The position numbers were made by a program, and so were the translations under genes. DNA of 59,850 nt, the filler included, from Nitrospinae bacterium RIFCSPLOWO2_12_FULL_45_22 (lineage in GTDB: Bacteria; 2-12-FULL-45-22): the NCBI GenBank assembly GCA_001803565.1. It is 7 parts of 7 records of this genome, joined end to end, with 100 filler letters (N's around TTAATTAATTAA, not from the genome) between each part and the next. Parts side by side here need not be neighbours in the genome. Positions count along the whole stretch, not along the records: positions 1 to 6,444 come from MHDQ01000170.1; positions 6,545 to 11,930 come from MHDQ01000171.1; 5 more parts are not named here. One strand, 5' to 3'. Positions 1-7,980 of the stretch are shown here, piece after piece. The notes under the pieces were generated by a model that was not told the origin of the DNA, did no database searches, and worked only from the letters and a program-made list of their open reading frames with translations. Positions within the stretch are counted from its first letter, which is position 1; every line of letters starts with the position of its first letter.

Positions 1-406
1 GCCAGAAGGGGAAATTCCAGGGCATTACCGCCAGGATAATCCCTAAGGGATCAAAGCGCACATAGCTCTTGCCTGCCTCAGTCTCTATCAGCTCGTCTCT
101 TAGAAAACCTTCTGCCTGCTCGGCATAGTAGTCACATACCCAGGCACATTTTTCTACTTCAGCAATGGATTGGGCAATAGGCTTGCCCATCTCCTCGGTC
201 ATAATTCTGCCGTAATGCTCCCCATTAGCCCTTAAGTGCTGCGCAGCCCTTTTCATTAAATGGCTACGCTCCGCAAAAGTAGTCTCTTCCCATTGCAGAT
301 AGGCCTCCCCGGTCTTTCTTATTAGGTCTCTTATTTCCGCTAAGGAAGGCTCCTCAAAGGTAGCGATTAATTTACCCGTGGCGGGATTAATAGACTGTAA
401 GGCCAT
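1..406 (-). CDS. NAD(P)-dependent aldehyde dehydrogenase, succinate-semialdehyde dehydrogenase (Sad/GabD1)-like; runs off window edge
   Basis: Not in ORF track; manual translation MALQSINPATGKLIATF...MTEEMGKPIAQSIAEVEKCAWVCDYYAE...DPLGIILAVMPWNFPFW; AGGAGG RBS upstream. Confidence 0.9.
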   Translation of the reverse strand, partial: MALQSINPATGKLIATFEEPSLAEIRDLIRKTGEAYLQWEETTFAERSHLMKRAAQHLRANGEHYGRIMTEEMGKPIAQSIAEVEKCAWVCDYYAEQAEGFLRDELIETEAGKSYVRFDPLGIILAVMPWNFPFW

Positions 407-492
407 ATTATTTCCTCCTGTTATTGTCACCAATTGCTATATCTAATAGATAAAGAAGTAGATAATTTCATAAAACATTATACCACATAAAG

Positions 493-930
493 TATTGCGA
501 GCTACATGGAGAAGCACCCAAAAGGATAACTAAAGAGGCCCTGGATTATCTCATGAGCTATTGCTGGCCGGGTAATGTCCGGGAGCTAGAGCATACCATC
601 AGCCGGGCCATTATCCTCTCGGCAGGAAAGGGCCTGATCAGACTGAAAGACCTGGAGCTACCAGAAACCTTTCCAGAAAAGGTACTCAAGGAAGAAATCC
701 TTCCCCTTCATATTCAAAAGAAATTGAAGGAGATAAACCTAAATACCCATCAGAGAGAAATCCTAAAACTAGCCCTGGGAAAAGGCCCGGTTACCAGCCT
801 GCAGCTCAGTCAACTATTTAATGTCACCGAGCAACAGATCAGGAAAGACCTTAAACTCCTGCTAGAAAAGGACCTCTTAGAAAAAAACGGAACTACCAAA
901 GGTACTTATTATATCCTAAGGAAATCCTAA
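493..930 (+). pseudogene. C-terminal fragment of a sigma54-dependent activator (AAA+ lid plus DeoR-like winged HTH)
   Basis: YCELHGEAPKRITKEALDYLMSYCWPGNVRELEHTISRAII is the bEBP sensor-II region; C-terminus LNTHQREIL...VTEQQIRKDLKLL...GTYYIL resembles a winged HTH; no Walker A or GAFTGA upstream. Confidence 0.8.
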
Positions 931-932
931 AA

Positions 933-1098
933 TATTCGCAACCAATAGGCAAATTTTCTAGCACCTTAAAAACCCGCTACTGACCAGGCTATTCACTTTA
1001 TTCGGTACTTATTCGCAACCTATTCGCAACTTATTCGCTACTCGCCAAAATCCGCTCCTAATCTACATTTCCCCATTATTCGCTACTTATTCGCAACC
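933..1098 (+). repeat. 11-bp direct repeats, consensus TATTCGCWACY: 1 copy at 933, 4 in tandem at 999-1042, 2 in tandem at 1077-1098
   Basis: tattcgcaacc; tattcggtact tattcgcaacc tattcgcaact tattcgctact; tattcgctact tattcgcaacc. Confidence 0.9.
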
Positions 1099-1164
1099 TC
1101 TAAACCCTAAAAATCCCCGTGTTTTATCATCCAAAACCATGCCCACTAGGTTACTTTATTTCTC

Positions 1165-1177
1165 TAACCCCTTGTTA
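1165..1177 (-). promoter_or_regulatory. IHF-like binding site
   Basis: Minus strand TAACAAGGGGTTA, one mismatch to WATCAANNNNTTR, located between the repeats and a sigma54 promoter. Confidence 0.5.
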
Positions 1178-1207
1178 TTAAAGGCTTTACGGCCTCACCC
1201 CAAATCC

Positions 1208-1223
1208 TTGGCATCCCCTTTGC
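1208..1223 (+). promoter_or_regulatory. sigma54 (-24/-12) promoter
   Basis: TTGGCATCCCCTTTGC with exact GG-N10-GC spacing. Confidence 0.75.
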
Positions 1224-1291
1224 GTTATAAAGAAAATGATGATCAGTAGTACTACCGAAATAACTAAACTCTAAGGGAGGTGAAAAAGAGA

Positions 1292-1408
1292 GTGAAGGAG
1301 AAAGGAGGGGCAAAAATAAAAATGTCTGCCCCAAGTATGGCTAGCTTTCTGAAGGGAGGTGATGAATCTATCTTTAGGCTAGTAGATGAGAAGACCTATG
1401 GAAGTTGA
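1292..1408 (+). CDS. Possible small protein (38 aa from GTG, or 28 aa from ATG at 1322)
   Basis: Strong SD AAGGGAGGTGA before GTG; VKEKGGAKIKMSAPSMASFLKGGDESIFRLVDEKTYGS; no recognisable homology. Confidence 0.3.
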   Translation: MKEKGGAKIKMSAPSMASFLKGGDESIFRLVDEKTYGS

Positions 1409-1524
1409 ATTGATTCATTCTGCTTGTAGGGTAGGTTATGAAAATTCGCTACTACAAATCTAAATGATGCAAACCACAATCTGAGCCTAGTATAGGCTCA
1501 ATACTAAAAAAGGAGGGAAATGTT

Positions 1525-2115
1525 ATGGATATTACTCCCTATATTTTACCTAATCAGGATCGGGTATTAGGAACCTGTGGAAATGATTTCAAAGATTATC
1601 TGATTAGCCATCGGAGACCGTCAGGAGGAGATCGAGGGATTTATTTTTCATATCCCATGAATTCAGGGGATGATGGTACTCGGCATTGCTGGGGAATCTT
1701 GCGGATAAGAGGTGGATACCTCACCCTGGATTATGATGGTATGAAGCAAACTACGGCTCATACCTATCGAGACCCTAATTTTCCTGATGGGGCCAAGTGG
1801 TGTCCTTCTGATGTCCAGTATGATACACCATATCGTTATGGTGGCCGCCAGGTGGCGAATATGTATTCCACCTGCGTCCTTGATCCCTGGCAGAATTATG
1901 ATCCTGAAGTAAGGGTCTATGATGCTGGATACCAGGATATTTGTGGATTTAGTATTCACAGAATCAAGATACATGCTGTGGGAGCACAGGTAGAGGATTT
2001 CTGGTTCGCCCGCGATGTAGGATTGGTAGGCTATGCTGGCCCAACTTGGAGTGGAGGCTGGGTCTACTGCAAAGGCAACGATGGCACCTTAGTTACCTGT
2101 GGTGCTAACTGGTAA
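1525..2115 (+). CDS. Hypothetical protein, 196 aa, rich in aromatic residues, Gly and Cys
   Basis: Strong SD AAGGAGG; clean ORF; 7 Cys; EDFWFARDVGLV motif near the C-terminus. Confidence 0.8.
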   Translation: MDITPYILPNQDRVLGTCGNDFKDYLISHRRPSGGDRGIYFSYPMNSGDDGTRHCWGILRIRGGYLTLDYDGMKQTTAHTYRDPNFPDGAKWCPSDVQYDTPYRYGGRQVANMYSTCVLDPWQNYDPEVRVYDAGYQDICGFSIHRIKIHAVGAQVEDFWFARDVGLVGYAGPTWSGGWVYCKGNDGTLVTCGANW

Positions 2116-2620
2116 TAACTTAAGGAGTTTAATTTATGTTGCCTCTACTTCGAATAATCAACAATCTCAGATGTAGCCCTTGAGGTTCTGAACCAATTTC
2201 TCCCGGAAGAGATGTCGAAAGAATAGAGGGCTAAACTGGTGCTTGAGACTCAAAGGCTTATTTCGGAAGCAGAATGGTCATTCTTTGAGAAAGAGATAGA
2301 GAACAGAATGTCTGCCAGGAGCCTAGCCCAGGATAAGGCCAAAATGGGAAATGGCTGGTCTATGGCCCTGGCTGCCCTGCATAGACCATTGGGGAGCCTA
2401 ACATGCCTGACCTTATTCGCGTCGAGCTTGTTGGCTCCATCCTTTGGTCTTCCCCATTTCTCTTTCTCTCAGGCCCATAAAGATCGCATGATGACCCTAA
2501 TTATACTCTATTTTGGAAGAAGGTCTACAGGATATGTGGCTCAATGGCGGTTGGCAAAAATATTCCTATAGTCCTGTTTCTCTGCATGCTTTTTCGGTTA
2601 AGGGTTACAATAATTTTTCT

Positions 2621-5600
2621 TTAAGGTATAAACGTGAAATAGGCCAGACTAATGGGGGAAAGCAGTTGAGGAGAGCCCTTCTGGGTAGTACCAGCTTCTG
2701 CTAGCGCCGAGAAGGCAAAGTAAGTACCGGGAGATAAGTCAGAGGGTAGGGTTAGAGAAAATAAGCGGTAGCTATCGAATTTGCCGTTGCCATCGCTATC
2801 AGAATTCATCTCGGTAGAGTTAGGAAATACGAAACCAGGGGACAAAGTAACTCCCTGGGCAAAAGAGACGAAGCTACGGAGATCAGTGGGATCAGCAGGC
2901 TTCGCAGGCAGGGTTGGGTTGAGAAAATAAATACTGTCATCAGGAAAGCCAAAACCGATAAAGACATCAACTTTGGTCTCCGTTGTAGAAACCAAATTAC
3001 CCACCCAAAGATAAAGCTCGATAGTATCCCCAAGGGAATAATGGGATTTATTGGTGGCTACTCTGATCGTGGAAGCCCGTCCCAAGGCTATGATGGTCAT
3101 GGTATCCGGTTCACTGACCGATTGATTATTATTGACGATTAGCTGAACTTTATAGATACCATCTGTATCAACCGTAAGGGTACATTCTTTACCTCCCGTA
3201 TTCGCCAGAGAAGTCTTACTATCTAGTGGTTTTAATGTGATTGACCAGTTATAAGATAGTTCATCCTTGTTAGGATTATAACTATTGGTCCCATCAAGAA
3301 TCACGGTAGAGCCTGTAGATACCACCTGATCCGGGCCAGCATAGGCTATCGGGTTCTGTTCAGTACCGACGGCGGTAATAATTACTTTATCCGGAACACT
3401 TTCATCAATACGGTCACGGACAATCAATTGTACCTCATAGATGCCTGCTAGATCCGTTACCAAGCTGGGACTTGTCTTAGCTGGATCCGACAAATAGGCA
3501 TTACTCCCCACCGGCTTTGCCACCAAGAGCCACCGGTAGGAAAGGGGATCACCTTCAGGATCGCTGCTGCCTGAACCGTCCAGTTTTACCTTAGCACCCG
3601 CCGCAACTATCTGATTGGTACCAGCTTCCGCTATAGGTAGCTTATTGGGCTGAGCAAGATATATATTATACCCGTCACTAAAGGCTATCTGGCTTTGATT
3701 ATTCAGAGAAAAGTTATAAATATTTATTTTTTCTAGTTGAATAACCTTTGCAATCTTTCTCCCATTATAGAAATAAATACTATCTGCTGGCAATATCCTA
3801 TACCTATCTGGCGTTGTCCTATCCCTATTTAATGATTCACCCCCTCCCATTCCATCTCTTAAGTGTTTAAAGGCTATCTGGCCATAATCATTCAGGACTG
3901 GTAATGAAGTAGAAAAATCCAGCTCCGCGGTTATATTGGTAATCTGCCCTTTATCATAAAGATAGATATTCCGGCGGCCGCTAGCCGGGTCAAGACCCTC
4001 AAAGGCTACCTGGCCATTATTGTTAAGTATTGGATTTGAGGATGAGATAGGTAAATGAGCAGTAATATTGGTAAAGTTCTCTCCGTCATAAAAGTAGATA
4101 TCAGAACGGGACAAATCATTTATAGATACGGTAAAGGCTATCTGGCCCCAATCATTGAGGCTGGGCGAAGTAGCCCAGGCTTTTAAATCTGCAGTAAGAT
4201 TCGCAAGGGTATTACCGTCATATAGGTAAATATTAGATATCTTCTGCGAATATTCTTCTGGAATAGTACTGCCCGCGAAGGCTATCCAGCCGTTATTATT
4301 CAAGCTGGGCGGGGATACTCCCAACTCCATATTGGCAGTAATATGTTTAAAAGTATTACCATCATAAAAATAGATATCATTGGGATATGGGGCACGTACA
4401 TAAACGGCTGGGGTGGAAAAGGCAACCTGCCTTTGATTATTCAAGCTGAGGTTAAGCAGGCTGGCGGTGTAACGGTGGATAATAGTGTCAGAAATAATAT
4501 TGGTAAGGTCGTTACCATCCGAGAAATAGAGGGTTGTTCTATCTATAGAATCTGTTCCAAAAAAGGCAAGCTGTCCTGAATCGTTAAGGTCGGGATAAGA
4601 ACAAGGACAATATTTCAGTTCATTATAGGTAATGTTGGTAATCTCTTGTCCATCATAGAAATAAATATCAGACCCAAATTGGGGATACTCAAAGGCTACC
4701 TGTCCTTTATTGTTTAGACTCATGCTTGATGCTGTACCAGATATACCACGATATAAATTAGCTGTAATATTTACCACCGCCTCCTTATCGTACAGGTAGA
4801 CATGATAATATTGCCCATTATGCCCAACAAAGGTGACCTGGCCTTGATTATTAATCTGCGGGTACATAGGAGAAAAATTTGTATTGGCCGTTATATTTTT
4901 AAGGGTACCCCCATCATAGAGATAAACCTCCTCCCTGCCAGAAGTCAGGTTTGGAAGAGAGAAGGTCAGTTGACCATAATCATTCAGGTCAACATACGAG
5001 ATGGGGACAACGGGAGGTCTCATATCTATTAGCTGGGAAGTGATATTGGTAAGTTTGGTACCATCAATAATATAGATATCCTGGCGGCCAGAAGACCAAT
5101 CTAGGCCCCAAAAGGCTATCTGACCCTTATTATTAATGCTAATGCGATAGGGATCTATTACGGAGATATTTGAATTAGGCGTCAAATTCTTTACTTCGCT
5201 CCCATCATAAAAATAGATATGGGTAGACCAGTAATCTCGGTCTACAAAGGCTATCTGACCATGATCATTCAGACTGGGTACTGTGGCGAAAATATCTAGA
5301 TCGGCGGTAATATTCTTAATGCCTTGACCATCATAGAGATAGATATCAGAGCGGTGAAGCCCCCAATCAACATCTAAAAAGGCTATCTGATCGGTGTTAT
5401 TAATGACCGGGGCTTGGGCATGGACTTTTAAATCCGAGGTGATATTGGTTATTTTATCTCCATCATAGAGATAAATATCACTATACTCACTTCGATCCTC
5501 CCCGACAAAGGCTATCCGGCCATGATCATTGAGGGAGGGGTCTCTGGCTGAAAAAGTATTCTCATTGGCTACTATCTTACTGATCCGGAAATTATAGGCT

Positions 5601-5821
5601 TTAATATCTTCTGCCCGACCCGGACTAAAAGATAAAGTAATTAACCCTATTATTAGTAATAGCAAAAAGATAAGGGCATTGACCCCACTTGGCTTTCCTA
5701 ACATACTTAAGGCCCCCCCTCTTTCTAAAGATTTACAAACGTCCTTCAAACAAGATAACACACCCTTCCAGCCCTGCGGTGAACGAATACAAGAATTCTT
5801 TACATCTCTATTTTCCTTCAA
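2621..5821 (-). CDS. Large secreted protein: 14 NxxGxxAF-type repeats (beta-propeller-like), two PKD-like domains and a C-terminal domain; start may be ATG at 5704
   Basis: Hydrophobic signal segment; repeated P.LNN.GQ(I/V)AF...IY(L/F)YDG..ITNIT; two PIA.AG..Q.V..G..V.LDG..S..P..D.LSY.W units. Confidence 0.85.
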   Translation of the reverse strand: MKENRDVKNSCIRSPQGWKGVLSCLKDVCKSLERGGALSMLGKPSGVNALIFLLLLIIGLITLSFSPGRAEDIKAYNFRISKIVANENTFSARDPSLNDHGRIAFVGEDRSEYSDIYLYDGDKITNITSDLKVHAQAPVINNTDQIAFLDVDWGLHRSDIYLYDGQGIKNITADLDIFATVPSLNDHGQIAFVDRDYWSTHIYFYDGSEVKNLTPNSNISVIDPYRISINNKGQIAFWGLDWSSGRQDIYIIDGTKLTNITSQLIDMRPPVVPISYVDLNDYGQLTFSLPNLTSGREEVYLYDGGTLKNITANTNFSPMYPQINNQGQVTFVGHNGQYYHVYLYDKEAVVNITANLYRGISGTASSMSLNNKGQVAFEYPQFGSDIYFYDGQEITNITYNELKYCPCSYPDLNDSGQLAFFGTDSIDRTTLYFSDGNDLTNIISDTIIHRYTASLLNLSLNNQRQVAFSTPAVYVRAPYPNDIYFYDGNTFKHITANMELGVSPPSLNNNGWIAFAGSTIPEEYSQKISNIYLYDGNTLANLTADLKAWATSPSLNDWGQIAFTVSINDLSRSDIYFYDGENFTNITAHLPISSSNPILNNNGQVAFEGLDPASGRRNIYLYDKGQITNITAELDFSTSLPVLNDYGQIAFKHLRDGMGGGESLNRDRTTPDRYRILPADSIYFYNGRKIAKVIQLEKINIYNFSLNNQSQIAFSDGYNIYLAQPNKLPIAEAGTNQIVAAGAKVKLDGSGSSDPEGDPLSYRWLLVAKPVGSNAYLSDPAKTSPSLVTDLAGIYEVQLIVRDRIDESVPDKVIITAVGTEQNPIAYAGPDQVVSTGSTVILDGTNSYNPNKDELSYNWSITLKPLDSKTSLANTGGKECTLTVDTDGIYKVQLIVNNNQSVSEPDTMTIIALGRASTIRVATNKSHYSLGDTIELYLWVGNLVSTTETKVDVFIGFGFPDDSIYFLNPTLPAKPADPTDLRSFVSFAQGVTLSPGFVFPNSTEMNSDSDGNGKFDSYRLFSLTLPSDLSPGTYFAFSALAEAGTTQKGSPQLLSPISLAYFTFIP

Positions 5822-5920
5822 ACCTCCTTATCCAGTCTGTAAGCTCAAGGCATCTTGCTATCTACTTTTTTATTATCATAATTCACTAAATAAATCCACC
5901 CAATTAGGTCATCTCAGACT

Positions 5921-5937
5921 TTGGCATAGCTTTTGCT
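5921..5937 (+). promoter_or_regulatory. sigma54 (-24/-12) promoter
   Basis: TTGGCATAGCTTTTGCT, GG-N10-GC, upstream of the activator pseudogene at 6029. Confidence 0.75.
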
Positions 5938-6028
5938 ATTAATTAACGCCTGATACTTGACCTAAGGTCATTCCCTCCACCGTGAATCCTCCACAAAAAA
6001 AACGATAGGATTTATGTAGTCTTGCCCC

Positions 6029-6444
6029 ATGGTAGTTAGCCCTCCTGCAACATTTATGGATATGATCGGCACCAACCCGGTGATGCAATCCCTTTTCAGG
6101 AAGATAGCGCTAGTGGCTCCCAGGGATATAAAGGTCTTAATCCAGGGCGAGAGGGGAACGGGAAAAGAATTGGTAGGGTGGGCTATTCACAGGTTAAGCA
6201 AGAGAAGCAAAGGTGTATTTAAGCAGTTAAACTGTGCCGGCTTGCCCAAGGATCTCCTCCTATCCGAGCTATTCGGTCATGAGAAGGGGGTCTTTACTGG
6301 TGCCTATAGCAAGAAGGTAGAGAGTGAAGAAGAGACATTCCCTTACTGGTAGAATACTTTATCCATAACTATTGCGAGCTACATGATGAAGCACCTAAAA
6401 GGATAGCTAAAAGGGCCCTGGATTATCTCATAAGCTATCCCTGG
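6029..6444 (+). pseudogene. sigma54-dependent activator pseudogene with an internal deletion; truncated by contig end
   Basis: Walker A GERGTGKE and ELFGHEKGVFTGA, then jumps in another frame to RE*RRDIPLLVEYFIHNYCELHDEAPKRIAKRALDYLISYPW; Walker B and R-finger region missing. Confidence 0.85.
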
Positions 6445-6544
6445 NNNNNNNNNNNNNNNNNNNNNNNNNNNNNNNNNNNNNNNNNNNNTTAATTAATTAA
6501 NNNNNNNNNNNNNNNNNNNNNNNNNNNNNNNNNNNNNNNNNNNN
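6445..6544. other. Artificial contig linker
   Basis: N44-TTAATTAATTAA-N44, stops in all frames. Confidence 0.99.
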
Positions 6545-6703
6545 TGAGGCATAACACTGACTGGTTAACTCGATATCGACCTGATATGGCCGGCATTCTC
6601 TCGCCGCTTGTTGTTTCCCGGGGCTGATATATTTATAGAATATATCCAGACTTTCCTGCTCTTTCTTTTCGTTGGAACGACCTGTGTCATAACCCATAAG
6701 CAT
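6545..6703 (-). CDS. Probable radical SAM protein, N-terminus only (contig end)
   Basis: PYQVDIELTSQCYAS matches the lead-in to a CxxxCxxC motif; only the first Cys is visible. Confidence 0.55.
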
Positions 6704-6810
6704 TCTCCTCCCAAGAATTATCCAAATATTTCATGCCTCTTATGCAATGCCTTTCTCCCGTTGTTCCTACCCCTTCTATCTGCAGGATTATACGTTCTGG
6801 ATATTATATA

Positions 6811-7977
6811 TCAAATACGAGCACTAGAGATATTTTCAAAAAAGGCCTGGATCCGGGTTTTCAACTGGCCGGTAGCACTAAAGAGATATTCCCTTTCCAA
6901 CTTAAGGACCGGTACACCTACTTCTTGGAGGCCTTTTTTTATTAAAGGATAGGTATTGGCATGGAGGTCACAGAATTTGATCACTTCATAGATCACGCCA
7001 TCTACTGCAAAATCTTGAGCCATCTGGACAATGTATTGGACACGGCTTTCCAGGGGATGCATCCGCGGGCAGGGGAACCGACTTAAGTAGCGACGGGCTA
7101 AGGCATTCAGGGGCTCTTCTTCTGGATCAACCATGCCCCAGAAATAGCGAGCACCATTACACAGGTCATCAGCTACGACTAAGCCGCCCGATTGCTCGAT
7201 CAATTCCAGGAATTCAGGATGCTCCAGCTCACTCCCGCACACCATTAATCGCAGCTTCCCATCCTGGCTTATTCCTGAGCCCTTTGTTTCTATCTCTTGC
7301 AGGAGCTCTTCCAGAAGTACATTGTATTGGTCTTTAGGCATTACCATACCCGCCAGTATGGTATGCAAGGTTTGGGTCCCGGTCAGGGGTGGGTTAAGAG
7401 ATTTTTTCTTTTCATATAGTTTCCCCAGGAGGATTCGAGTCCGGTTATAGGTTCCAATAGCGGACCTCAAGGAGTCGATAGTTATTCTATTTCCGGTGAA
7501 TTCTTCCAGGCTATGCCTAAAGCGACTCAATTCCTGGGTAAAGAATCGGATAGTATTTTCTGTCACCTTAGTCGGGACACTCAGGATGATCTTAAATGGC
7601 ATAGGTATATGATATGTCCATACATCGAAAAAGCGTCGGATATGATCACAGGTATTGACACTGACCAGGCCATCTAACGAGTCATATCTCTTGTCTAATC
7701 CCATCTCCAGACAATTTCGGATAAAGGAGCAGGCATTGGAATATAGGGTGGCATCAGCTAAAGGAGTTTCCTGGGCCCCACCCAATACCCTGATGGGTAG
7801 AGCCCCGGCAGCATAGATTATCTCTTCAGGCACATAGGTACACACCCAGCCCATTAAAGCCCTCCCTTCCTGCTTCCATTTCCGGGCAAGCATATCACGC
7901 TGGGTAAAGGTATCTTCAAATTTTTTGATGGTGGTCATGCTGACATCAGCCCCTTTAATAGTATTGGTAGTAGTCAT
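6811..7977 (-). CDS. 2-hydroxyacyl-CoA dehydratase family subunit (HgdB/FldC/BcrC-like)
   Basis: GWVCTYVPEEIIYAAG, CSFIR, NTCDHIRR, DDLCNGAR, KFCD, QLKTRIQAF. Confidence 0.9.
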   Translation of the reverse strand: MTTTNTIKGADVSMTTIKKFEDTFTQRDMLARKWKQEGRALMGWVCTYVPEEIIYAAGALPIRVLGGAQETPLADATLYSNACSFIRNCLEMGLDKRYDSLDGLVSVNTCDHIRRFFDVWTYHIPMPFKIILSVPTKVTENTIRFFTQELSRFRHSLEEFTGNRITIDSLRSAIGTYNRTRILLGKLYEKKKSLNPPLTGTQTLHTILAGMVMPKDQYNVLLEELLQEIETKGSGISQDGKLRLMVCGSELEHPEFLELIEQSGGLVVADDLCNGARYFWGMVDPEEEPLNALARRYLSRFPCPRMHPLESRVQYIVQMAQDFAVDGVIYEVIKFCDLHANTYPLIKKGLQEVGVPVLKLEREYLFSATGQLKTRIQAFFENISSARI

Positions 7978-7980
7978 GGT

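Noticed and set aside
933-1098. 11-bp repeats as a CRISPR array
   Set aside because: Units are too short, directly tandem without unique spacers, and no cas genes are present
2239-2704. ORFs 2239-2571 and 2513-2704, and a GCCTAAC..GTTGGC hairpin at about 2393-2438
   Set aside because: No SD or recognisable motifs; the hairpin is shorter than typical attC sites and may simply be a terminator between convergent genes
493-6444. 75-bp near-identical pair as a DGR template/variable repeat or prophage att sites
   Set aside because: Mismatches are not confined to adenines, no reverse transcriptase or integrase is present, and both copies encode the same activator segment
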